This document shows positions 16,175 through 25,020 of a stretch of DNA of 64,000 bases, one piece after another. Position numbers and translations under genes: made by a program. Every line of letters starts with the position of its first letter. The stretch's first letter is position 1. The notes under the pieces are model-generated. The model did no database searches. It had not been told where the DNA came from and saw only the letters and a list, made by a program, of their open reading frames with translations. The DNA is taken from NCBI GenBank assembly GCA_029099685.1, contig JAQXOO010000033.1, positions 6,623 to 70,622 on the forward strand, given 5' to 3'. The DNA is from Clostridia bacterium. GTDB taxonomy: Bacteria > Bacillota > Clostridia > Oscillospirales > Butyricicoccaceae.

Positions 16175-16570
16175 ATGAAAAGCATCAAACCGGGCAGAGG
16201 ACCATCCCGGCGTGGCGCGGCCGGGTCCGTCATCGCCATCGTCTGGGGCATCCTTTGGACCGTGCTGGCCGCCGGCGCCACCCAGGGCGCGGGGGCTTTC
16301 GGCCTGATCTTCCCGCTGTTTGGCCTTTGCTTCATCGGTATGGGCGTTTATAATCTGATCTATCACAGCAAAAACGCCAGTGCCGACGCGCAGGACCGGG
16401 ACTCCCTGCTGGAGATCGTGGATAGCGACGAGGAGGACGGACGTTCCGCCGCCGGAGAGGACATCGCCGCCGAGCCGGCTCCCGGCGAGTCCGCCGCCTA
16501 TTGCCCCTGGTGCGGCGCCAGGATCAAGACCGGCTTTTTATACTGCCCCAAATGCGGGAGAAAGCTGTAA
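16175..16570 (+). CDS. zinc-ribbon domain membrane protein
   Basis: Start MKSIKPGRG after an AGGAGGA RBS. Two predicted TM helices, an acidic linker, and a C-terminal CPWCGARIKTGFLYCPKCG zinc ribbon. Confidence 0.6.
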   Translation: MKSIKPGRGPSRRGAAGSVIAIVWGILWTVLAAGATQGAGAFGLIFPLFGLCFIGMGVYNLIYHSKNASADAQDRDSLLEIVDSDEEDGRSAAGEDIAAEPAPGESAAYCPWCGARIKTGFLYCPKCGRKL

Positions 16571-16580
16571 CAAACGAAAC

Positions 16581-16625
16581 AAAAGCACCCCCGGATGCGG
16601 CGAAGAACGCCGGGGGTGCTTTTTC
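16581..16625. terminator. bidirectional intrinsic terminator
   Basis: AAAAGCACCCCCGG ... CCGGGGGTGCTTTTT. It lies between the convergent zinc-ribbon gene and the end of the met operon. Confidence 0.8.
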
Positions 16626-16629
16626 ATGC

Positions 16630-17415
16630 TCAAAATGCCGATTCCGCCTGGCGGATATGACTGCGGATGGCGGGTTCCCGGTCCAGACAGTAACGGTAGC
16701 TGACCTCCATGAAGGTCTTGATGTCATGCTGCCGGTACAGCCGGTCCAGCGTGTCCAGAATGGGCGCGCCGCCCACCACCATGGTTTGAAAGTAGTCATA
16801 GACGCAGCCGCCGTTTTCCCGGGGAAAATAGGGATTGATGGTGCTCAGTCGCTCATCCCGCATGATGCTCTCCACCACCATCTCGCTGAGGATCCACTTC
16901 ATGGAGGGGCGTTCGTACTGGTCATAGCTGTCGTGATAAATGCCGTTCCATACGTGGAACCACAGGTAGTGGATGATCTCGTGAAGGGCGATGCCCAGCG
17001 CGCCCCGGTGACTGTTCAGATGGAACACGTCGAAGTACCGCTCCTTTAAAAAACGGGGACATATGGGGTTGAGGGTGATGGCGGCCCGAAGATCGTTGAA
17101 CAGGGGACGGGTGTCCAGCGCAAAGGCCTCGGACAGGGCATCCTCGATCTGAGGGCGGTGGGCCTGAAAATGACGGTTGCAGTCCTCCAGCTTTTGCAGC
17201 CACTGGGGCTGCAATTCTTCATAGACCCGGCCCAAAACCTCGGTGAGATAGGCCTTTTTGCCCGCACTGTCCAGGGAAAGCAGGCGGCCCTTGTCCACCT
17301 GAGGGTAAAAGTAAAAAATGGAGTCCGACCAATAGGGGGCTTCACCCTCGGTGAGAAACAGCAGGATGCTGTCTACAGAATGGGCAAAACCGGGGTTTTG
17401 AAAGGTCAAATTCAT
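16630..17415 (-). CDS. hypothetical protein with an HExxH motif (putative metalloenzyme); last gene of the methionine operon
   Basis: 261 aa with no TM or signal peptide. The motif is LHEIIHYLWFH, with acidic residues 20-35 aa downstream (QYE, SEMVVES). ATGA overlap with the upstream yitJ-like gene. I do not recognise the family. Confidence 0.6.
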   Translation of the reverse strand: MNLTFQNPGFAHSVDSILLFLTEGEAPYWSDSIFYFYPQVDKGRLLSLDSAGKKAYLTEVLGRVYEELQPQWLQKLEDCNRHFQAHRPQIEDALSEAFALDTRPLFNDLRAAITLNPICPRFLKERYFDVFHLNSHRGALGIALHEIIHYLWFHVWNGIYHDSYDQYERPSMKWILSEMVVESIMRDERLSTINPYFPRENGGCVYDYFQTMVVGGAPILDTLDRLYRQHDIKTFMEVSYRYCLDREPAIRSHIRQAESAF

Positions 17416-19178
17416 TGAAATTCCTTTCTCAGCAGCCCCACGATATCCGCCCCCACCGAGGGGCGGGCGGCAGGGGTGATGAGGTAATAGCCGTCCACCA
17501 GGGGGCGGATCTCACGGGCCAGCCGCAGGGTATGCTCCACTGCCAGCTGCCGGCAGCGGTCCTTGTCGGCGGTTTCATACTGGGCGACCACTTCTTTCGG
17601 GATGCGGATGCCCGCCACCTCGCTGTTCATGTACACCGCTGCCCGGTGGGAGAGCACCGGCAGCAGGCCGCCCAGAAGATAAGCGCCTTTCAGCGCTTCC
17701 CGGGCGCGGCGCAGGTTTTCGATGGATTCCCGGGTGAACACCGGCTGGGTGAGAAAGGCGGCAACGCCGCTGTCCCTCTTGCGAAAGGCCTTTTCCAGCT
17801 CGGCTGTAAAGTTGACAGCGTTTACATTCAGCGCGCCCCAGATATGAAAGGGCGCTGCCGTGCCCTCCTGGCCCAGAGCCCGGACATAGTCTGCCAGACC
17901 GGCAGAGCTGTAGCTCCAAACACCTTTTACCTGGTCCCGGTCTGCCGAGGGCACCGGGTCGCCGGTGACCACCAGTACGTTGTGGACCTCCTCGATGGAC
18001 AGGCCCAGCAGCAGCGCCCGGGTGGCGTTCAGATTGCGGTCCCGGCAGGTCATGTGGGGAAGGGGATCGATGCCCAGTTCCCGCTTGAGCTTGGCAGCCA
18101 TCATGGAGCTGTCCGCCCGGACCCGGGCCACCGGGCAGTCTGACACCGTGATGGTATCGGCTCCCGCCTGGGTAAGGTTTTCGGCGTGTTTGAGGAACTT
18201 TCGGATGTCGCTCACCGCCGGCGGGTCCAGTTCGGCGGCGATGACCAGCTTTCTCCGTTCCAGCTTGTCCCACAGAGGACTGGAGATAGGAGGCAAGGCA
18301 GATGGCTTTACAGATGCTTTGGCTTCCGGGACTGCAGGCCGCGCACCCCGCTCCTGCAGCAGCCTGCGGGCCTCGCGGATATGGGCGGGCGTGGTGCCGC
18401 AGCAGCCGCCGATGATACAGGCGCCCGCGTCGGCGATCTCCAGCAGCAGATGGGCAAAGTAGCCGGGGTTGTCCCCAAAGCGGGCCAGGCCCTCCTCCAT
18501 TGTGGGATAGCTTTCGTTGGGACAGATATACAGGGGCTTTTTCAGGGGCGGCAGCGCCTTTACCTGCCGCAGCAGGTGATAGGGGCCGGACACACAGTTA
18601 AAGCCCAGGGCGTCGATCTGCGGGTCATCCTGCAGTTCCAAAAGCAGCTCCCTGCCGGAGATGCCCGCCCGGGTGAAGCCCTCCGGATCCACGGCGAAGC
18701 TGACGATGATCGCTGCGTCGGGGCAGCGGTTCTTGATGTATCCGGCGGCCTGCCGGACGCCGGCGGCGCTTTCCAGCGTCTCGAAAAGAAAGTGGGTCAG
18801 GCCGCACTTCAGAAAAACGTCGATGATCTCCCGATAAGCATTGAAACGCTGGGCGGGATCGCCGCTCACCGGCCCCAGATCGGCAAAGATCAGGGCCCCG
18901 GTGCCTTGGGCCGCGCGCGCGGCGTTGCCGCAGGCGGCGGTGAGCACTTCTTCCAGCCGGCGTCCCAAAGCGTCGGGGGTGGCGCCAAAGGTGTTGGTCT
19001 TGACGGCGTCTGCTCCCGCCGCCAGATATTCCCGGTGGATGCCCTCCACCAGCCCGGGGTCGGTGAGGTTCAGCAGCTCATAGCTGACGCCGCGGCGGCC
19101 CTGCTTCCGGGAGCAATAGGTGCCGAAGGCGCCGTCCATCAGCAGCGTTTGCGTTTTCAGACGTTCTTGAAAGTTCAT
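17412..19178 (-). CDS. yitJ: bifunctional homocysteine S-methyltransferase / 5,10-methylenetetrahydrofolate reductase
   Basis: ORF trimmed to MNFQERLKTQTLLMDGAFGTY (ATG 19178, ATGA overlap with metH). N-terminal Hcy-binding domain (GFNCVSGP, GGCCGTTPAHI) and C-terminal MTHFR domain (ITVSDCP..., LVVTGDP). Confidence 0.85.
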   Translation of the reverse strand: MNFQERLKTQTLLMDGAFGTYCSRKQGRRGVSYELLNLTDPGLVEGIHREYLAAGADAVKTNTFGATPDALGRRLEEVLTAACGNAARAAQGTGALIFADLGPVSGDPAQRFNAYREIIDVFLKCGLTHFLFETLESAAGVRQAAGYIKNRCPDAAIIVSFAVDPEGFTRAGISGRELLLELQDDPQIDALGFNCVSGPYHLLRQVKALPPLKKPLYICPNESYPTMEEGLARFGDNPGYFAHLLLEIADAGACIIGGCCGTTPAHIREARRLLQERGARPAVPEAKASVKPSALPPISSPLWDKLERRKLVIAAELDPPAVSDIRKFLKHAENLTQAGADTITVSDCPVARVRADSSMMAAKLKRELGIDPLPHMTCRDRNLNATRALLLGLSIEEVHNVLVVTGDPVPSADRDQVKGVWSYSSAGLADYVRALGQEGTAAPFHIWGALNVNAVNFTAELEKAFRKRDSGVAAFLTQPVFTRESIENLRRAREALKGAYLLGGLLPVLSHRAAVYMNSEVAGIRIPKEVVAQYETADKDRCRQLAVEHTLRLAREIRPLVDGYYLITPAARPSVGADIVGLLRKEFQ

Positions 19179-21532
19179 GCTTCCGCCCCCAGTACTTCCT
19201 TGGCAATATCCACCGCCTGCTTGGCATCCCTGGCATAGAAGTCCGCCCCCATCTCTGCCGCATAGTCGGGGGTCAGCACCGCACCCGCGCAAAAGACCTT
19301 GCAGCCGGGGCATTTTTCATGGACCAGAGCCACGGTCTTTGCCATAGAGGGCAGGGTGGTGGTCATCAGAGCTGACAAGCCTACCAGCTTAACACCCTCC
19401 CGCTTTGCGGTGTCAGCCACGGTATCCATAGGCACATCGCGGCCCAGGTCCAGGACCTGATAGCCGTAGTTTTCCAGAATGCATTTGGCGATGTTTTTGC
19501 CGATGTCGTGGATGTCTCCCTGCACGGTGGCCACGATGAGTTTTCCGGCGCAGGTCTGCTGCTGCCCGCTGCGAGCGATGCGGTCCTGCAGCACATCAAA
19601 GGCGGCCTGGGCGGTCTCCGCGGCGTTCATCAGTTGGGGCAGATACAGCTTCCCCTGCTCAAACAGCAGGCCCACCCGGTCCAGCGCAGGGATCAGCCGC
19701 CGCTGGATGATGTCCAGGGGCTGCTCGGTGTCCAGCAGCGCCGTGACGGCGGCACGGGCCTCCTGCCGCAGGCCCTTTTCCACAATGTCCTCCAGCGTCC
19801 GCTTTTCAGCGGGGCCGGCGGCGGGCGCGGACGCTGCCTGGTCAGCGGCGTACAGGGCCAGATAGCGCTCCGCGCCCTTGTCGTGGCCCAGAAGCACAGC
19901 GGCGGCGTGCACTGCGTCCATCATGGCACGGTTGTTGGGATTGAGGATGGGCAGGTCCAGCCCACGGGCCATGGCCATGGTCAAAAAGGTACTGTTCATC
20001 AGCTCGCGGCAGGGCAGGCCGAAGGAGATATTGGACACACCCAGCACGGTTTTGAGTCCCAGTTCCGATTTTACCCGGGCCAGAGCCTCCAGCGTGTTGA
20101 CGGCCTGCTCCTGTTGGGCGGACACCGTCAGGGTCAGACAGTCGATGAAGACGTCCTCCCGGGGGATCCCGGCGGACAGCGCCGCCTTCAGGATGCGCCG
20201 GGCGATGTCCACGCGCCCTTCCGCAGTTTCCGGAATGCCGTTTTCGTCCAGACACAGGCCCAGTACCGCCGCACCGTACTTTTTCGCGATGGGAAGCACC
20301 TGGTCCAGCACATCGGCTTTGCCGTTCACTGAATTGACGATGGCCTTGCCGCAGTACTGCCGCAGGCCGCTTTCCAGAGCGGCGGGGTCGGAGGAATCGA
20401 TCTGCAGGGGCAGGTCCAGAGCGCCCTGCAGGCCCTCTACCACCTGTGCCATGACGGCAGGCTCGTCGATCTGGGGATGGCCCACATTCACGTCCAGAAT
20501 GTCGGCTCCGGCTTCTGCCTGAGATACGCCCTGGGCCAGGATGTAGTCGAGATCGCCTTCGGCCAGCGCCCGCTGGAAGCGCTTTTTGCCGGTGGGGTTC
20601 AGACGCTCACCGATGACCCGGACCCGGTCCAGATCCACCACCCTGCGGGCAGAACAGACCCGGGAAACAGGTGTATGGCAGTTTTGCTTTACACTTCTTG
20701 AAGCGTAAGCGTTTTTGATGGCGCGGATATACGCCGGCGAGGTGCCGCAGCACCCGCCGAGGAAGGCCACCGGCAGCTCCAGATACGGCTCCAGCAGCTT
20801 TACATAGGCTTCCGGAGAGATGGAATATTCCCCGGTCTGGGGGTCGGGCAGGCCGGCGTTCAGCTTGAGGGCCAGGGGCAGGGAGGTGTGCGCTGCGAGC
20901 CGCTGCAGCGCGGGCAGCATCCTGTCAGGGCCCAGGGAGCAGTTGACGCCGATGACATCGGCCCCCACGCCCTCCAGAACCATGCCCATGGCCGCGATGT
21001 CGCATCCCAAAAAGGTGCGGCCGTTTTCCTCATAGGTCATGGTGGCCAGCACCGGCAGCCCGGTGTTTTCCTTGGCCGCCAGCACAGCCGCCCGGGCCTC
21101 GGCCAGATCCATCATAGTCTCGAACACGATGGCGTCCGCCCCGGCGTTTTCCGCGGCTACGCACATCTCCTTATAAATGTCATAGCATTCCTCAAAGGTC
21201 ATGGGTCCGGCGGGACGCATCAGGCGGCCGCAGGGTCCGGCGGACATGGCCACGCGCGCGCCGGTGCCCCAGCAGGCGTCCCTTGCGCAGCCGATGGCCA
21301 CCGAGATGACCTCCTCCACCGAATGGCCGCTGTCCCGCAGCTTCAGCCGGTTGGCGCCAAAAGTATTGCTGTAGATGATCTGGGAGCCGGCCTCCACATA
21401 CTGACGGTGGATGCCGGTGATGAGCTGGGGCTGCTCCAGGCACAAAAGCTCCGGCAGATGGCCCAGCTTCAGGCCTTGCTTTTGCAGCATGGTGCCCATG
21501 GCGCCGTCTAAAAGAGTGATGGTGTTACGCAC
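19175..21532 (-). CDS. metH: cobalamin-dependent methionine synthase, core enzyme without the activation domain
   Basis: 785 aa. Hcy domain (LLDGAMGTML, GGCCGTSPAYI), pterin-binding domain (IGERLNPTGKKRF), and B12 cap/Rossmann domain with GDIHDIGKN. Confidence 0.9.
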   Translation of the reverse strand: MRNTITLLDGAMGTMLQKQGLKLGHLPELLCLEQPQLITGIHRQYVEAGSQIIYSNTFGANRLKLRDSGHSVEEVISVAIGCARDACWGTGARVAMSAGPCGRLMRPAGPMTFEECYDIYKEMCVAAENAGADAIVFETMMDLAEARAAVLAAKENTGLPVLATMTYEENGRTFLGCDIAAMGMVLEGVGADVIGVNCSLGPDRMLPALQRLAAHTSLPLALKLNAGLPDPQTGEYSISPEAYVKLLEPYLELPVAFLGGCCGTSPAYIRAIKNAYASRSVKQNCHTPVSRVCSARRVVDLDRVRVIGERLNPTGKKRFQRALAEGDLDYILAQGVSQAEAGADILDVNVGHPQIDEPAVMAQVVEGLQGALDLPLQIDSSDPAALESGLRQYCGKAIVNSVNGKADVLDQVLPIAKKYGAAVLGLCLDENGIPETAEGRVDIARRILKAALSAGIPREDVFIDCLTLTVSAQQEQAVNTLEALARVKSELGLKTVLGVSNISFGLPCRELMNSTFLTMAMARGLDLPILNPNNRAMMDAVHAAAVLLGHDKGAERYLALYAADQAASAPAAGPAEKRTLEDIVEKGLRQEARAAVTALLDTEQPLDIIQRRLIPALDRVGLLFEQGKLYLPQLMNAAETAQAAFDVLQDRIARSGQQQTCAGKLIVATVQGDIHDIGKNIAKCILENYGYQVLDLGRDVPMDTVADTAKREGVKLVGLSALMTTTLPSMAKTVALVHEKCPGCKVFCAGAVLTPDYAAEMGADFYARDAKQAVDIAKEVLGAEA

Positions 21533-22178
21533 AGGTGATCCCTGCCTTTCGGAAAGAACAGTTTTGCCGCATGGAGCAGAAGGCGCAGCCCCGGGCCCGC
21601 TTGCCCTGGGGCTTGTCCGCCAGACCGAAGATGGCGGTGACCGACTTGCGCGGCATCATGATATAGGTGTCGGAAAGGGTGATGCCGCAGCGCCGCTGGG
21701 CATCCAGCGCCTGCAGCAGCGCGGGCTGCACCGTCAGCGGCAGATCGCCGTAGCCCGGACTGAACCGGTCGGTGGGGAAGCACCCCTGGGTGCAGAGCCG
21801 GGCTTCAAGGGCGGCCTGCAGGTCGTCGCAGGCCTGCTCGCAGGCGGCGCTGGCGCAGGCGTCCAGAATCAGGGCCTTTGTGGGGCTTGTGAGGGTAGCC
21901 CGGCGCATGAGGGCCTCCGGCCCGTCGCCCAGCGTCAGGGCAAACAGCACCACCCGGCCGCAATCCCGCAGAAGGGTGCGCAGGTCCTCGCCGGGAAACT
22001 CCAGCCCCATCTCCTCCAGGGCGGAACGTTCCAGCAGCCGCCAGACGTGCAGGGGCCGGCATACAGGCAAAAGCTCCGCCCAGGCCTGCTCCACCTGGGC
22101 AAGCAGCTCCGGGGGCGCTTCGCCCCGGACGCCCAGATATCGCAGGGCCTCCTGCAGCGGGATGCGTGACAGCTCCAT
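21525..22178 (-). CDS. methionine synthase activation (AdoMet-binding) domain protein, stand-alone
   Basis: 217 aa. It overlaps the metH start by 8 nt. The size, position and FSPGYGD-type motif fit the separately encoded MetH reactivation domain seen in Clostridia. The C-terminus is Cys-rich (CAFCSMRQNC). Confidence 0.7.
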   Translation of the reverse strand: MELSRIPLQEALRYLGVRGEAPPELLAQVEQAWAELLPVCRPLHVWRLLERSALEEMGLEFPGEDLRTLLRDCGRVVLFALTLGDGPEALMRRATLTSPTKALILDACASAACEQACDDLQAALEARLCTQGCFPTDRFSPGYGDLPLTVQPALLQALDAQRRCGITLSDTYIMMPRKSVTAIFGLADKPQGKRARGCAFCSMRQNCSFRKAGITCA

Positions 22179-22214
22179 AAGGGCACCCTCCTTTTTTGCG
22201 CGGTTTATCGTTTT

Positions 22215-22243
22215 ATTATAGCAAATCAGAACAGAATGCGCAA
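22215..22243 (-). promoter_or_regulatory. sigma-A-type promoter of the met operon (extended -10)
   Basis: Minus-strand TTGCGC, a 17-nt spacer, and TGcTATAAT. This leaves only about 30 nt of leader before ATG 22178. Confidence 0.5.
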
Positions 22244-22291
22244 GGGGCAGCCCCGAAACAGGACTGCCCGCTAAAACGGGGTTTGTCAGCC

Positions 22292-22498
22292 TTAAAAATA
22301 AAATAAATCTTCAAACTTGTGATCTAATGCAATACACAAAACAAGTGCTAATTTCGCCGTCGGACTGAACTGCCCCGTCTCGATGGAACTGATCGTGTTT
22401 CTTGAAACGCCCACCATTTCTGCAAGAGCCGACTGTGACAGGCCTTTTTCCGCTTTTGCTTCCTTGATCCGGTTGTGAAGAATCAATGAATCTTCCAT
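22292..22498 (-). CDS. XRE-family helix-turn-helix transcriptional regulator (68 aa)
   Basis: LSQSALAEMVGVSRNTISSIETGQFSPT is a classic Cro/C1 HTH. The gene is visibly AT-richer than its flanks. Confidence 0.8.
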   Translation of the reverse strand: MEDSLILHNRIKEAKAEKGLSQSALAEMVGVSRNTISSIETGQFSPTAKLALVLCIALDHKFEDLFYF

Positions 22499-22650
22499 TT
22501 GCTTACCCTCTTAAGCTCATTGCAAATCCGATTGCAAAAAAGACACATAATCCATATGTAAAGTTTTATTGGCAATTTCGAGATAGACCAAGCCGCACAG
22601 GGACAAACGGCAAAAAGGACAGCACGGATGCTGCGCCCCCGGCCCGCGCC

Positions 22651-22679
22651 TTGAAATCGGACCGAAGGTATGCTACAAT
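22651..22679 (+). promoter_or_regulatory. sigma-A-type promoter of the GNAT gene (extended -10)
   Basis: TTGAAA (22651-22656), a 17-nt spacer, and TGcTACAAT (22671-22679). Confidence 0.55.
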
Positions 22680-22736
22680 CAAGCCAATCATCAAAGCGCG
22701 GCCCGGGCAGGCCGCGAAAGGATAGGATGTGCTGTT

Positions 22737-23237
22737 ATGGTATATGAGACCAAATGTCCCGGCTTCACCATTCGGGAAGCGGTGGAATCCGACGCCGGAC
22801 TGATCCTGGAGCTGATCCACGGTCTGGCTGATTATGAGCAGATGAGCGGCGATGTCCACACGGACGCGGAGACCTTGCGCCGCAACCTGTTTGACAACCG
22901 GCAGGCCAACGTGATTATCGGCGAGGAAGCGGGCGTTCCCGTGTGCTTTGCCCTGTATTTTTACAATTTTTCCACCTTCCAGGGCCGGCACGGCCTGTAT
23001 CTGGAGGACCTGTTTGTCAAACCGGAGTACCGGGGCAAGGGCTACGGCACCGCCATGCTGGCATGGCTGGCGAAAAAAGCGGTGGATGAGGACTGCGGCC
23101 GGTTTGAGTGGGTCTGCCTGGACTGGAACGAACCCGCGCTGAAGGTCTACCGCAGGCTGGGCGCCCAGCCCCAGAACCAGTGGGTCATCCAGCGGCTCAC
23201 CGGCCGGGAACTGAGGGATCTGGCGAATTCTTTTTGA
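22737..23237 (+). CDS. GNAT family N-acetyltransferase (diamine/spermidine acetyltransferase-like)
   Basis: 166 aa. LYLEDLFVKPEYRGKGYGTAMLAWLAK contains the acetyl-CoA-binding motif A (R/QxxGxG/A). Confidence 0.8.
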   Translation: MVYETKCPGFTIREAVESDAGLILELIHGLADYEQMSGDVHTDAETLRRNLFDNRQANVIIGEEAGVPVCFALYFYNFSTFQGRHGLYLEDLFVKPEYRGKGYGTAMLAWLAKKAVDEDCGRFEWVCLDWNEPALKVYRRLGAQPQNQWVIQRLTGRELRDLANSF

Positions 23238-25020
23238 TCCAGAGGGTGATGCTGTCAGGCGCCCACACCTGCTGTACCTGACGGGACTGTCCGTCATCAG
23301 GGAACACCAGTCGGTATCGGGTGCGGGTGTCCGTCTGCTCCGCCGTCATGTGGTCAAAGGCATCGTCATCGAATAAAACGCCCAGACGGCAGGGGGAAAA
23401 GTCCAGGGTCAGCACGTCGCCGGTATGGTCCAACGCAGCGGCGCAGGGCGTTTGGGTGTAAAATACCACCTTGTGTCCCTCAGGGGTGTCCGACCACCGG
23501 ATATCTTCGATAGAGACCGTCTGTTCTGCCTCTACAGACGTAATTGTAAAGTCTGTCAGCTTTATAAACAAAACGCCGTTTTTTTCGGCGCACACCAGCG
23601 CCGGGGCCGTATGGGACACCCCCTCGTGGGGCGCCTGCGCGGCAACGCTGCCGCTGTAGCGCCCGGAAAAGCGGGAGGAGAGCCGCCGCCAGCCCGCGCC
23701 ATACAGCACGGTGACCCTGCTGCCCCGGGGCGCGGAGCATTCCAGCGGCAGCTGCTGTCCGCTAAGCACGGACTGATGGGCGCCCGCGCCCTCGATGGTC
23801 AGGCCGGTAGGCCAACAGGTTTCCGGGGGCTCCGGCTGCGTCTCCGCCGCCAGCTGCCCGGCCAGCATGGCGGGCAGTTCGCCGGTGCAAAGGGACGCGT
23901 ACCGGAAAAACAACGCGCCCCGGGCATTTTCATTGGCGGCAATGGCTTCCAGCTGGCGCTGCAGCTCCCCGGGACCGTACCACACCGAATCTGGGGCGGC
24001 AGCCGCGGATTTATAGGCCGCCAGACCCACATACAGGTCCACACCGGTGTCTGCCACCGTCCGGGACCACCAGTCCAGCAGGACGGAAAAATCCCCCGCC
24101 GCGGCGCCGATCTCCCAATAGATCTGGGGCGCGATATAATCCACCATGCCTTCACGCACCCACTTGCGGCTGTCGGCATAGTGGTCAAAATAGGACTGGC
24201 TGCCCGTGGTGGCGGCGCCCATTTCCATCCGGTCGGCGGTGGCCCAGATGCCGGCGGGGGAAACGCCGAACGCCGCCTCCGGGCGAACCTCACGCACCAG
24301 GGCGTGGATGGCGGCCACCAGCTGGTCCACCGCGTCCCGGCGGAAGTCCCCCACATCGGAAAAAGCACCGCCGCAGGCGGCGAAGGTGCCCTCGTCCGCA
24401 AAGCTGCCGCCGGGATAAAAATAGTCATCCAGATGGATGCCGTCCACCGGATAGTTTTCCAGGATCTCCCTGACGCTTTTCAGGATCTGAGCGCGCACCC
24501 GGGGCTGGCCAGGGTCGTAATAAAGGCATCCGTCGCTGTGGAACACCACGCAGTCGGACAGCTGGCGGGCGGGATGACCGTCGCAGAGCTGGGCGAAGGC
24601 CTCCTCACGGGTGGCTGCCGCCGTGCGGGTGATGCGGTAAGGGTTGAGCCAGGCGTGCAGTTCCATGCCCGCCCGGTGACACTGCTCCGTAAAATAAGCC
24701 AGCGGGTCAAAGCCGCCGTCCGGGGCCTGTCCCTGGCTGCCGGAAAGCACGGCGCTCCAGGGGTCGATCCGGGAAGGATACAGCGCGTCGGCTGCGGGCC
24801 GCACCTGAAGAAACAGGGCGTTCATCCCCCAGGACCGGGCGTTCGCGATGACCGCGTCGGCCTCGGCTTTCAGCTGGCTTTCGCTGAGGCCCGGGCGTGA
24901 GGGCCAGTCCAGGTTGTAAACCGTGCTGACCCACACGCCCCGCATATCCAGCCGGGCGGCCCGGGCGGGGCAGACCATCAGCAAAAGCAGCAGGGGCAGA
25001 CAGAGCAGGATGCGTTTCAT
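23197..25020 (-). CDS. secreted glycoside hydrolase-like family 10 (GHL10/YngK-like) protein with a C-terminal beta-rich extension
   Basis: Signal peptide MKRILLCLPLLLLLMVCPARA. The stretch GVWVSTVYNLDWPS...MNALFLQVRP...DGIHLDDYFYP is typical of the GHL10/DUF187 family. Confidence 0.7.
   Translation of the reverse strand: MKRILLCLPLLLLLMVCPARAARLDMRGVWVSTVYNLDWPSRPGLSESQLKAEADAVIANARSWGMNALFLQVRPAADALYPSRIDPWSAVLSGSQGQAPDGGFDPLAYFTEQCHRAGMELHAWLNPYRITRTAAATREEAFAQLCDGHPARQLSDCVVFHSDGCLYYDPGQPRVRAQILKSVREILENYPVDGIHLDDYFYPGGSFADEGTFAACGGAFSDVGDFRRDAVDQLVAAIHALVREVRPEAAFGVSPAGIWATADRMEMGAATTGSQSYFDHYADSRKWVREGMVDYIAPQIYWEIGAAAGDFSVLLDWWSRTVADTGVDLYVGLAAYKSAAAAPDSVWYGPGELQRQLEAIAANENARGALFFRYASLCTGELPAMLAGQLAAETQPEPPETCWPTGLTIEGAGAHQSVLSGQQLPLECSAPRGSRVTVLYGAGWRRLSSRFSGRYSGSVAAQAPHEGVSHTAPALVCAEKNGVLFIKLTDFTITSVEAEQTVSIEDIRWSDTPEGHKVVFYTQTPCAAALDHTGDVLTLDFSPCRLGVLFDDDAFDHMTAEQTDTRTRYRLVFPDDGQSRQVQQVWAPDSITLWIKKNSPDPSVPGR

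Noticed and set aside
22179-22291. Possible SAM riboswitch or T-box upstream of the methionine operon
   Set aside because: Only about 110 nt are available, and the best promoter leaves about 30 nt of leader. No S-box or T-box conserved blocks are seen. The GGGCAG/CTGCCC hairpin at 22245-22269 is more simply the weak terminator of the XRE gene.
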